Source: Eutreptiella sp. 'Long Island Sound 2002' | Lineage: Eukaryota; Protista; Euglenida | Direction: 5' to 3' | NCBI GenBank assembly: GCA_964036045.1 | Contig: OZ038378.1 | Location: 165,230,001-165,294,000, forward strand | Length of the DNA stretch: 64,000 nt | In this document: in pieces, positions 1-10,783 of the stretch | Numbering within the stretch: position 1 is the first letter of the stretch | Layout: each line of letters opens with the position of its first letter | Notes under the pieces: model-generated | Database searches by the model: none | Told to the model about the DNA's origin: nothing | The model's input: only the letters and a program-made list of their open reading frames with translations | Position numbers and translations under genes: made by a program

Positions 1-1477
1 CATGTGCTGAAGAACTGCTACTTCTCGGGATTCATGTTTGATACGGTACGCAAGGCCTTTGGCCTGGTACAGCGGGAGGGGGGGGCACTGGAACCGAGTC
101 GCCTCCTGCTGGACGAGCCTCTGTTGTCCCTCCAAAGCACGCAAGGCCTGGTGCTATGGGCAGGCTTGCGAGCACAGTGGCGGTTGCGCTTTGAGGTTAA
201 ATATCAGCGGCAACAGGTGTCCCTGCATGACTTTGTGGCGCTGTGGGTGGCGGGGCTGGAGAGTTGGCGCAGTGAGCGTAACATGTCATGCAGTAGATCG
301 GATCTGCAGCAACTCATCGCACAGTTGCAGGCGTGGGGGGAGTCCCGGACGATGTTTTGGAAGGCGCCTCAGGCACCCACAACAGCCCACGCGCCATCCA
401 CGCAGCATGATCCGCTTCAAAAGAAGGAGGCAAAGTGGGGGGGGTACAAGGCGACACTGCTGAAGGAGCTGGGGGACATGCAGGCACAAGGGTGGGAGGT
501 GGTGTATACCGATGGGTCAGCAAAGCGGGTAAGGGGATGGATGCAGGCAGGGTATGGGGTGTGGTTTGGGGAGGGCTCATCCCGCAACTGTCATGCCTGT
601 GTCCCGGCACACGAGCGCCAGAGCATCAGTCGGGGGGAGTTGAGAGGAGTCCTGCGAGCGCTCCAGGACCGGCGACCAGGGGAACGCATGGTAGTGGTGT
701 TGGACTCCGAGTCCGTGTATAAAGGGGTAGTGGAGTGGTCGCCCAAGTGGCGCCGACATGCCTGGCGCTGCGCAACAGGGGAGGTGGGGCATCGGGACCT
801 GTGGGAGGCAATCCTGTGGCTGCGGGAGTCCGCGGGTGGGGGCGTACAACTGCGATGGGTACCCTCACATTTGGCGGTGCCGGGGAACGAGGCGGCAGAT
901 GTGCTCGCGGAGAGGGGGAGAGAACTACACCCAAACAATCTGTTGCCGCTATCCAAGCGACGCAGGGTCGCGGAGTGGGACGAGCTGGGGTTGGAACAAA
1001 TGGTAGAAACCGAGCCACTATCCGATCCGGACACAGGGGAGGATTCGGGGGCGGGGACGTCGGAAGACGAAGAGGTGTTGTCCGTGTCATCAGCAGAGCT
1101 GTCCGGGGGCGGATTCTCCACTGATGTCAGTGATCGGGCACGGGAGAGGACGCAGGAGTTTGGCAACATGGGGGTGTGGGACACAGATTACAGTACGGAT
1201 GTTAGTGACAGCCGGAAGCGTAAGGGCAGGAGGGTAATCAAGACTTCCTGATACGTGGCCTAAAGGCACGTGCCTGACCATAAACTAACCGGAGGTGGCG
1301 CCAGAGGCGCCTTTCTGGAACGATGGGACAATGTGTGGTGGCGCCTGACGGCGCCTTGCTGGACACCACGAACAATGTGTGTCGCGGCTCCGCCGCGTGA
1401 TACTTGCTGATTCAGGGCATTGGTCTGTCGGTGGGGACCTATTGCTGAACTTTCCACTGTTCTATGGCCAAGCAACA
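1..1477 (+). mobile_element. Non-LTR retrotransposon (L1/Tx1-like with RNase H), copy 1, 3' part; runs off the window start
   Basis: 1-1477 is highly similar to 3437-4916. ORF 4..1251 has the zinc-finger tail (HVLKNC) and RNase H motifs VVYTDGSAK, GELRGVLRAL, VVLDSE and WVPSHLAVPGNEAAD. It ends in CTATGGCCAAGCAACA. Confidence 0.85.
4..1251 (+). CDS. C-terminal part of LINE ORF2: RNase H domain plus acidic tail
   Basis: RNase H D-E-D-D pattern: YTDGS, ELRGVL, LDSE, GNEAAD. Confidence 0.85.
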   Translation: MLKNCYFSGFMFDTVRKAFGLVQREGGALEPSRLLLDEPLLSLQSTQGLVLWAGLRAQWRLRFEVKYQRQQVSLHDFVALWVAGLESWRSERNMSCSRSDLQQLIAQLQAWGESRTMFWKAPQAPTTAHAPSTQHDPLQKKEAKWGGYKATLLKELGDMQAQGWEVVYTDGSAKRVRGWMQAGYGVWFGEGSSRNCHACVPAHERQSISRGELRGVLRALQDRRPGERMVVVLDSESVYKGVVEWSPKWRRHAWRCATGEVGHRDLWEAILWLRESAGGGVQLRWVPSHLAVPGNEAADVLAERGRELHPNNLLPLSKRRRVAEWDELGLEQMVETEPLSDPDTGEDSGAGTSEDEEVLSVSSAELSGGGFSTDVSDRARERTQEFGNMGVWDTDYSTDVSDSRKRKGRRVIKTS

Positions 1478-4400
1478 CCTGAAACCGTTGGGAGAAGAGG
1501 TAGTGCTGGCGGCGTTAGAGCGGCTAAAGGGAGGATCATCCCCGGGGCGGAAGGGATCCCGGCGGAAGTATATCAGCAGTTCCCCGACATTTTTGTGCCG
1601 AAAATGTTAGCAGCAATTCGCGTCTTTTTGCGGGAGGGGGGAGCGCCGGAGCCAGTCCCTGTTAAAGTGCCTGCCCAAGTTTTCCGGGGCGGAGAAGACC
1701 AAGGACATGCGGCCGCTGGCCTTGAAAAACGTACTAAGGAAGTGGGTAACAACCACCATTATGGTTCAACTCGCGGATGTTTTTCCGCAGATCATCCTGA
1801 GGGAACAGAAAGGTTTCGTACGGGGACGACACATGATTGATCATTTGCTTTTTGCCCGCTCTGAATGGGAGAGAAACCCAGACCAAATTATGGTGGCCAT
1901 CGATTTTCAGAAGGCCTACGATTCAGTTACGTTTCCAATGTTGACAGTGTCGCTGTTGTATGTGGGCCTGCCAGTGGCGTATGTGCGTGTGCTGATGTCA
2001 GTGATGTCGGGACCGATTATGTTTTGTGTAGGGAGGGGGTTCGTGCCGGGTGAAGTGCTGAGGCCGCAGTCGGGAATTCGTCAAGGGGACCCCCTGTCCC
2101 CACTGCTCTTTGACGTGGTCACAATTTTTCTTATCTATGATTTTAAGCGATTCCGGGTGACCGTACGAATCCTGATGTATGCAGACGACATTCTGCTTTG
2201 TATCCCGGGTCGGTCGGAGTCACACGTGTCGGACCTGCGCGCTTTGATTTACTGTCTGCAGGTCTTTGGATATTTTTTCGGGATTACGGGTAAATTTTGA
2301 CAAAACGTATGCGGTAGTCAAAATCTCAGATCCAGACGTGCCACAGCCCAAGGCAGTGGGGGGCATAACAGTGAAGCCGTACGTGAAGTATCTGGGAGCT
2401 TTGGTGGGTAACCTCACAGTGGCAGCCTGCTATGCGCCGGTGCTCGCCAAAATGTTGTCGCGCGCGCGCACTGTGGCGTCACTGTCGCTTGGCATGGCAG
2501 AGCAGGCATACCTTTTCGCCTCCTGGGTGGCACCAGTGGTATACCTAACGGCACGAGCCTATGCCCCGACGGAGCACGTAATCTCCCAACTAAATATGAT
2601 ACACCGGGTGGCTCTCGATCTGACCACCTGGCACCTGACCATGCCCATACTGGCCCTGCCGGTGACGGAGGGGGGGTTTGGAGGCGGGGCTGGGAGTGTA
2701 CGCGCAGTGGGTACACAGCCAGGCATTCGTTCAGGTGGTGGTGCACCCGGCGTCCATCGAGGAGGTGCATGCGGCCCCCTTTCGCAGGTGGGTGAGTTGG
2801 AAAGGACTGGTGCTGGACCCCCTCTTCCTCCCTTACTTGCAGCTGGCACCAATCCCACTGTCCAAGCCGACTTTTTTTTGCAGGGGAGCCTCAAGTGTTA
2901 CTCAGTGGTGCGGAGAGGGGGGGGGGGGGGTGACGGCGCCACCCCCTTTGCATGACCTGCCTAACCTGCCGATATGGCATTCGGTCTTTTTTCGGAATTC
3001 CCACTGGTTGACCTATGTGTCTCCCACGTTGCTACGAGACGGGGTGCTGCGGTGGGTGGACCTGGTAGAGCGTAGGACTATACCACAGCAGTTACAGAAC
3101 AAGCTGGCACCAACGTGGCGGTCCGTGTATGCAGAGTCGGCACGCACAGTAGTATCCATGTATCGGGCGGCCTTTGAGCCGCCGCAGTCCCCGCCATTGG
3201 AATTGTGGGGGGTGCAGTGGACCAAACAGCGCATGCTGCTCTTTTTGCAACAGCGCACGCGCCCCAAGGCGCGACAGCCACCAGAAGTGTGGCGCGTATA
3301 CAACAAACTCCATCTCCCAAAATGGGGCTTGGACTTCATTAAGCGAGTATTCTGGCGCAAGCTGCCAGTAGGACTGCGACAAGAACGCCTGGGGGGAAAT
3401 CTGTGCCCGCTGGACGGGAGGGTGGAAGACCACCGGCATGTGCTGAAGAACTGTTACTTTTCAGGGTTCATGTTTGACACAGTGCGAAAGGCCTTTGGCT
3501 TGGTACAGCGGGAGGGGGGGGCCTTGGAACCGATTTGCCTCCTGCTGGACGAACCCCTGCTGTCCCTCCAAAGCACGCAAGGCCTGGTGCTGTGGGCAGG
3601 CTTGCGGGCTCAGTAGCCGTTGCGCTGCGAGGTGAAATATCAGCGGCAGCAGGCGTCACTGCATGATTTTGTGGCGCTATGGGTGGCGGGGCTGGAGGGT
3701 TCGCGCAGTGAACGCAACATGTCCTGCAGTAGATCGAACCTGCAGCACCTCATTGCACAGCTGCAGGCATGGGGGGAGTCCCGGGTGATGTTTTGGAAGG
3801 CGCCCAAGGCGCCCACGACAGCGCACACACCAGCATCTCAGCTCGATCCACTTCAAAAGAAGGAGGCAAAGTGGGGGGCGTACAAGGCGAAGCTGCTGCA
3901 GGATCTGGGGAACTTGCAGGCACAAGGGTGGGAGGTGGTGTATACCGACGGGTCAGCAAAGCGGGTAAGGGGATGGATGCAGGCACGGTATGGGGTGTGG
4001 TTCGGGGAGGGTTCCCTCCGCACCTGCCATGCCTGTGTCCCGGCGCACGAGCGCCAGAGCATCGGTCGCGGGGAGTTAAGAGGAGTCTTGCGAGCGCTAC
4101 AGGAACGGCGCCCAGGGGAACGCATGGTCGTGGTGTTGGATTCCGAATACGTGTATAAAGGGATTGTAGAATGGTCGCCCAAGTGGCGCCGACATGCCTG
4201 GCGCTGTTCTACAGGGGAGGTGGGACATCGGGATCTGTGGGAGGACATCCTGTGGCTGAGGGAGTCCGCGGGTGGGGACATCCAACTGCGGTGGGTACCC
4301 TCGCATTTGGCAGTGCCGGGTAACGAGGCGGCAGATGCGCTCGCAGAGCGGGGGAGGGAACTGCATCCCAACAACCTGTTGCCCCTATCCAAGCGACGCA

Positions 4401-4519
4401 GGGTCACGGAATGGGACGAATTGGTACTGGAGCCTATGGTAGAAACAGAACCACTGTCCGATCCGGACACAGGGAATGATTCGGGGGCGGGGACGTCGGA
4501 TGAAGAGGACGTGACTTAA
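1478..4519 (+). pseudogene. Disrupted LINE ORF2 (RT, zinc finger, RNase H)
   Basis: Split across ORFs 1379..1840, 1707..2300, 2266..2955, 2678..3616 and 3620..4519 by frameshifts. There is a TAG at 3614-3616 where copy 1 has TGG. Confidence 0.85.
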
Positions 4520-4900
4520 GTGTCCTCAGCAGAGCTGTCCGGGGACGGATTCTCCACGGATGTCAGTGATCGGGCGCGGGAGAGGGCGCAAGAGCTCTGC
4601 AACATGGGGGTATGGGACACGGATTACAGTACGGATGTCAGTGACAGCCGGAAGCGGAAGGGCAGGAGGGTAATCAAGAGGTCCTGATGCGCGGCCTAAA
4701 GGCACGTGCTGGGCCAGAAACCTAATCGGAGGTGGCGCCAGAGGCGCCTTTCTGGAACGATGGGACAATGTGTGGCGGCGCCTAACGGCGCCATGCTGGA
4801 CAGCACGAACAATGTGTGTCGCGGCTCCGCCGCGTGATACTGGCTGAATGAGAGGGCGTAGGTCTGTCGGTGGGGACCTATTGCTGAACTTTCCACTTTT

Positions 4901-4936
4901 CTATGGCCAAGCAACATCTATGTCCAAGCAACACTA
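4901..4936 (+). repeat. LINE 3' tail made of 16-17 bp tandem units
   Basis: CTATGGCCAAGCAACAT, then CTATGTCCAAGCAACA, then CTA; a single unit ends copy 1 at 1462-1477. Confidence 0.7.
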
Positions 4937-6139
4937 GGTGTTGGTTCCGTCAATTTTTGCACCGTTGATTTTGGCGGTGCGTTTTACAATTCGTTCTACT
5001 GTGTGCCATGTGTGCTTCCTGATACCTTGGTTTTGAGAAGCACGAAGTTGCATTGAGACCCACTGGTCAAGGATGATGTCGTCAAATGAATTCTGCAAGG
5101 ATTTAAGGGTTGTTTTTTCTTCCTGCATCACTTCTGCCACTTTCTTGTAGAACTCCGGCAAGAGGATCCCGTCCAGTTTCTTCAGCGCGTTCTTCGTGAG
5201 TTTCTCCGCTTTGTTGTGGAACTTCTGCAGACCTTTCACAGCTTCTAGACCAGCATAGTAGGCAAACGTCATAAAATCTTTCCACAATTTGTACGTTTTG
5301 TCCTGAAAGTGACAACGTTATGCGCGAGGCCTTGCGCAACGAACAGCATCGAAACAACGATTAATGAACATACGAGTTGACCAGGCTGCTTCAGTTCAGC
5401 GGTTGGAACCAGGGCACTCATCTGCACAGCATCCACAATGGCGATCTTGAGATTGCTGTACGTGTCAGCCAGGCCTCGCCGCCGCTGATCTTCAACACAT
5501 CGAATGAGGTTATCTGCTGCCTCATACAGCGGTATTGGCTCAACGTCTTGTGCGCGTCTCTGTGCTTGTCCCGCCAGCTTTGCACGGAAGGCCCACGGTG
5601 TCGTAGGCTTCAGAATATCAGCGATGCATGTAGTATGCCACTGCTGCAGATCCAGACATGCTGTGCGTTGCTTCTCCCGAATCTTCGCAATCGCTTCGAC
5701 GCTGTGCTGTCCAGATACACACCAATAATCGCCATCTGCAAATATGCGACACGTCTATGCGCGAGGGCTCGCGCAACGAGAAGAGCGAACACTCGGTTGG
5801 CAACATACTATTATCTTCCCAGAGAACGACGTGTAATGGGCCTGTTGGCGGTGCTGCTTCGAGTGACTCAATACGCTTCTGCAGTAACTTCGTATCTTTC
5901 CGTCTGATCTGTCCCTTTGTCTTCTCCTGGTCGATTCTCACGTTGTCCAGCTCAACCTCCACCTGCCTCCCATCCGGCTTCAGGTGGTCCTCGATGTCAG
6001 TACCCAAGGTTAGGCCAGGATCTGGTGTTTCCTTCTTCTTCCGCCCCTTCTTTGGTGTTCCAGCCTGCGATCCCGAGGTCCCAGGGTCATAGTCGGTATC
6101 TTCTCGTTCCTCGGCTGTTTTTTTGGCGGGGCTTGCCAT
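4934..6139 (-). CDS. ParB/Sulfiredoxin-like (ParB N-terminal fold) protein, 3 exons (6139-5809, 5735-5374, 5302-4934), 353 aa; C-terminus possibly cut by the LINE
   Basis: Removing two GT-AG introns (phase 1 and phase 0) gives one open frame. Its segment GQIRRKDTKLLQKRIESLEAAPPTGPLHVVLWEDNNGDYWCVSGQHSVEA parallels ParB box I (QPR..D...L..SI..G.lqPi.V) and box II (Y.ii.GerR.rA). Confidence 0.7.
5303..5373 (-). other. 71-nt GT-AG intron containing the 20-bp palindrome
   Basis: GTATGTTCAT...TTGCGCAAGGCCTCGCGCAT...ACTTTCAG; removal joins exon 2 in frame to ORF 4934..5287. Confidence 0.75.
5736..5808 (-). other. 73-nt GT-AG intron containing the 20-bp palindrome
   Basis: GTATGTTGCC...TTGCGCGAGCCCTCGCGCAT...ATTTGCAG; removal restores the frame. 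Confidence 0.75.
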
Positions 6140-6374
6140 TCTGCGATGAGGAGAAAGCCTGTATTGCAGGAAACGAAACATTGAAAAGGGTTAAAATCGT
6201 CGTCAATAATGCATATGTGAGGCGTTATTGGCGAATACGAGTACAGTATGGTTGAGAATGCAAAACTGAAGAGGCACGTCACTGTCTTTGACTGTCAACC
6301 TTGCGCGAGGCCTCGCGCAAGAGAGGGGGTGTACTAACCTGTTGTTTCATGCTGTTTGCGCCAGGCCTCGCGCA

Positions 6375-8360
6375 TCACTGCATGGTCTCCAATCTTCTTC
6401 GAACGTTTCGCAGCGTGTCTGCCTCTCTCTGTTCCTCCAACACACTGCGTTGGGGGATCAGCTCCGACAGTTTTCGCTTAAAACCAGCCTTAAGCGGCCC
6501 CTGCTGCGTTAGCACCAACAACACAGACACAAGGACTTGTTTGTAGTGGTTAGAACCCTTTGGGATTAGAAGAGACGGTGGAAAGTTAGGTACACCCCTG
6601 CGCGGCCAATGCGCCTGGATTGTACAAGTAGGCTCAGCACATCACCTAACCCAAGGCACGTATACACGCTCTGCGTTCAAGTAAGCAGTTAACCGCTGAC
6701 GCACGGAATTGACAAAGGAATTGGGGATTTAGCACACTTTCACCCTGTGACCTTCTTTGCGGATAGTGATGAGATGATACAGATCGTCAACATCTTCGAT
6801 GGTCACTGCACCTCTGTTTTGGCCCTTCTTTGTCACAAGGCTGGAACGCAGACTTTCACAAAACTCCTCGGCAAAAGCCTGTCCAGGCATGGCTGTGTGC
6901 CATGCAGTGTGGCACAATAGCGCAGTTGCAACAGTGCGTTCATATTTCAAAAGTGTGTCCCCCATGTTCAAACGGTCTAACAGACACATAATGATCTGCA
7001 ATCCCTCAGAAGCAAAAACACCCGTGTTGGCCGTCTCCCCGGCCCAATTGCACTGTCTAACGAGGTGTCCGAGGTATAGTAAGATAGGACAGCATTGTGT
7101 TAACAGAACCTGCATGGCCTTACACACAGCGTAACGGAGGCGGCCTCGCCGATTTACAGGACGTGCGAGCCCAAGGGAATGACATTTTCTGTTGAGGCGG
7201 CGTATGTGGGGGCCCATAGCCAACAGCAGTGCGCCAACAGTTATCTCCATTGTGATCAGCTTGGGAAAACAGGGGACTGTGTCACCGCTGCGCAACAAAC
7301 CTTTACGGAAGAAAGTCACGATCGGCCAAAATGAGCGAAATGTTTGTGTAACGCAAAACTTGTACGCGTGCCAGAAACCATACAATACAGGGTGTGACCG
7401 CAAGAAAAGCCGGACATTCCAACCCGTTGTTTTTTCACCGTACATCATCTTAAAAAGGTGGTAATGGATGTTTTCATCACAGAAAACAGGCACAACTGGT
7501 CGAGTGTGCTGCGCCAAGTCCCTAGTGAATTGCAATAGGTTGAGCAGCGAGATGTTGCCGCTCACCTTTTCTTTGCTTAGACAAAGGGGTCGCCAATGTG
7601 GTCTCTTGGCAGGTACAGGGCGAATAATGTCAAGCGGCGCCCTAATGTTTCGAACAACAGGCCGCGTGCTTGCGAATCCTAGATCACGCAGAGTACGCGC
7701 AAATGTTCCCTCGGTGTTCCCCAGCATGCGTGCAACAACAGGAATACGCCGTTCAAGCTCTTCCAGGCTAGGATGACCGTGCCAGTAGCGCGGTGCATCC
7801 CTCAGTAGCAACACAGCCAACGCTGTTGCGTTCAGGCTTTTGTCTTTCTTGTCAGGATTCGTTGTAAGCTGTTTGTTGTACCAGTTGTCCATCCATAACA
7901 CAACCCACTGCTGGTGTATTTTGTTCCATGTAGTTTGTAACCTGACTGCGACCTTCTCCTTCAGCGAAGGTGCGCTGTATCGCGCCGGACCTGACCTTGC
8001 TAAAATGCAACGTTGCGCCCTACTTCCATCTATCGCAACAACTGACTTTGGTTTTCCCTGGTATGGAACTGTGCGGTGGCGCATCAGCAAATAAAGGCGC
8101 CAGGCCTCCTCTATCAGAACACCAACCCATCTCTTGCCTTCTGCCGCAATCGCCTTTTCAACGCTGCAACGCGTCCGTTCATTTTTGCGCAGACGCAGAA
8201 AAAACACAAACAACAATCGCGCGCCCTCGTCCCCCTGTTTTAGCCCTTCCCACAATTCTTCTGCCGTGTGGTACGGCGGTTCCTCTGAGCAGACATCGCG
8301 GAAAAGGCCAGATGCTGCGGCCACTGTCTTCTCAAGGTCCACCTCTTTTCGCAGGGGCAT
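6375..8360 (-). pseudogene. Putative DDE-type (RNase H-fold) transposase, about 660 codons, two in-frame premature stops
   Basis: ORF 6729..8360 has VVLWMDNWY (D), VPVFCDENI (D), LYGFWHAYK (H) and FAEEFCESLRS (E). The same frame continues past TAA at 6729-6731 and a TGA near 6643 to a TGA at 6375-6377 (...KRKLSELIPQRSVLEEQREADTLRNVRRRLETMQ). Confidence 0.55.
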
Positions 8361-9080
8361 TGTTGCTGTGAAAAAAAATTGCGTAACTGTATCTACGTAA
8401 AAATCGCTGTTTGAAAAAGTTTCTTGATTTGAAACATCAACCTGTCACACAGTTTTCGCGTGACCAATCCTTCTGTGATTCGCTTGTCGCATGCACCATT
8501 TTTGGTTAACTGTAACTGTCTTGTGATCCCACATTTGACTAGTTAATCCTGATTGCGGTAGCCAGTTGCGGCGCGCTACCCTCGCTGTTGGGCAGTGAAG
8601 CCACCGGTGACCACAGTATGAAAACTGGAGATGCCGGCGGGACCTGTGTGGGCGCCCATGCAGCAGTGCCGCATCAAGGGAATGCACATGCTGTGTAGTT
8701 GGTGGATCTGTTCCATTTTTGGTTTCTATGAGCGCTTATCAGATCCATTGCGCGAGGCCTCGCGCAATGATCACCGAAACTTTAATGTTTCTCATGTGCC
8801 GTTCCATGCGCGAGGCCTCGCGCTTGAAACTACAGTTTCTTCCGGAACATTTCTACTTTTCAAGTTTCCTGGGTACGCAATTGTTGAACTTTATTCGTTA
8901 ATAGATCCATCTCTATCACTGCATCCTGATAATGGTACAAAGTTACGTATATAGATACGACAGGTTTCTATTTCTCGACACCCTGCCTAATGCGTTGTAC
9001 TGTAGTACATTAATCCAACACAAATGAACATCTTTGCGCGAGGCCTCGCGCAAAGAATAGTCGCAAAACAATACTTTTCC

Positions 9081-9113
9081 CCGTGTCGCCCATGGGACAC
9101 GGCATTCTTGTAG
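9081..9113 (+). other. GC-rich hairpin followed by TGTAG; possible element terminus
   Basis: Stem CCGTGTC/GACACGG, then CATTCTTGTAG; it lies at the edge of the palindrome-bearing cassette. Confidence 0.3.
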
Positions 9114-9727
9114 AAATATTTATTTCGCCATACTTGTTTGCGACGGTTTAGAAATAGCCATCAAAACAACTATTTTTTTCTGCCTTTTGAAACCTGTCAT
9201 TTTCCTACCTTTTCCGTCATTTTTGACCATGCAACTTGAGCCGCCTAAGCTTGAGAGGCTTTGGTATTGTTCCTGTGGGCGCACTTTGCACCAAATGCGG
9301 GCACCACCACACAAGGGTCACCAATCGCGGTTGTGCGCCTGGTGAGGGCAATGTGGTGTTGGATATGTTCTGGTATGCGAAGATGGTTCTGAAAAGGGGG
9401 GGTAATGCCCCAACAATGGAGGCAGCATGAACGGGATAACTAGCAGGGTGCCTGCCAGTCATACAAAGGGGACACAGGGCCACATGTAGACACTGACCTA
9501 CAGGAGAAAGAAGAGACCCGTGGCAGAAAGGATTTGGAACGAGAGGAGAGAGAACGATGCAGGACGGCCAGGAGGGTGGTATGACCTCACAAGGCGTGAT
9601 ATATTGTTTGGAGGGGGTATGAATGCAACCGCCATCTTTGTGGCACATTGGCGGTGGTGTAAGCGTATGCACCTCCGGTCCCAACTTTCGTCATGCCAAA
9701 TGTATACTTAGCATTTTAACGAGGGAT

Positions 9728-10030
9728 TCAATCCACTTGATGTAGTGTCATGGTCCATAACGTGACACTCCATGTCAATTTTGCTGCAAAACCAGTGTAA
9801 TTAAAACTGACAGCCAATTTGAATTCATCATTGAAGCTATCAAAAATTGCCTCCGATAGTTCTTCACGTGTAGCACCAGCTTCTGCTGCATCAATTGTCA
9901 TACTGTAGAGACCCTTGGAATTTGCGATATTCTCAAACTTCCACCCATTTTGCGGTGAAGCAAGCCATTGCATTGCCCACAGACTTAGCATTATACTCGT
10001 AATTTGTTTTTTTAAAAGATTCGGGGACAC
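9728..10030 (-). CDS. Hypothetical protein (orphan)
   Basis: 100-aa ORF of protein-like composition; no motif recognised. Confidence 0.3.
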   Translation of the reverse strand: MSPNLLKKQITSIMLSLWAMQWLASPQNGWKFENIANSKGLYSMTIDAAEAGATREELSEAIFDSFNDEFKLAVSFNYTGFAAKLTWSVTLWTMTLHQVD

Positions 10031-10783
10031 CCCAGAGGAAACTTGAGCCGTTGTTTCCCGTTAGTCCGCCGCGTCAACCCTACGCGGCCACGTGTGCCAT
10101 TGCCCTCCCAACCATGACCCACGCTGCAAGAGGTTCAAGGAAGAGGACGCTGCTCTCACCCGGGGATCAGCTTATCATCTTCAATTTTCGGGTGCCTGGT
10201 ACATCTTCAGACATTTACGAAAAGGCCCAGTCCCAAATGAGCGAACGGTCACCTGTGGCCCGTACGCGACTATGAGTGCTCCACTGGATTGGTTGTCTGT
10301 GCGGAGCTGGGGGTACCAACAGAAGAAGATTTTTGGCCTTCAAATGTGCAAATTGTAACAAAAAAAACATTTTATCTAAACAGGGCCTGGGTGCATGGCG
10401 CACCCTATCATGAAAACTTCAGTTCATGCATGGTCTTTATATGGAAATGAATTTCATCAATCATATTCGCATAGATCTGAATCCGCACCATCTCCTTGAC
10501 AGTAGTACATTAAAGCACAGGCCATCAATTGACATACAACGAAAAGCCAAACTAAGAGACCGAGTTCCATGTTTCCTCGTGTGGCAACTGGAAAGTGTAG
10601 CGGGTTATATTCCAAATTCAGTGCGCTCCCTGAACCACAAGAAACTGTTGTGTAGGGCCTGAGCCTCACGTCATTTCATCAAATCTTGCAAAAGGCCCTG
10701 TTGTTGTTTGTTGGTGTGTCATCCGCACATCATGATAGGGACTTTGGGGGTTCACGGTCACGTTGCCGGTGCAAGGTGTGGGC

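Larger units (their letters stand above)
1478..4936 (+). mobile_element. Non-LTR retrotransposon copy 2, 5'-truncated within the RT N-terminus, joined head-to-tail to copy 1
   Basis: RT motifs SPG-EGIPAEVY, QKGFVRGR, IDFQKAYDSV, GIRQGDPLSPLLF, YADD and YLG; zinc finger CPLDGRVEDHRHVLKNC; RNase H; same 3' end as copy 1. Confidence 0.9.
5320..9056. repeat. Seven dispersed copies of the palindrome TTGCGCGAGGCCTCGCGCAA
   Basis: Copies start at 5320, 5757, 6301, 6356, 8748, 8806 and 9034. Those at 6301, 8748 and 9034 are perfect (extending to 24 bp at 8746-8769 and 26 bp at 9031-9056); the others have 2-3 mismatches. None was seen elsewhere in the window. Confidence 0.95.
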
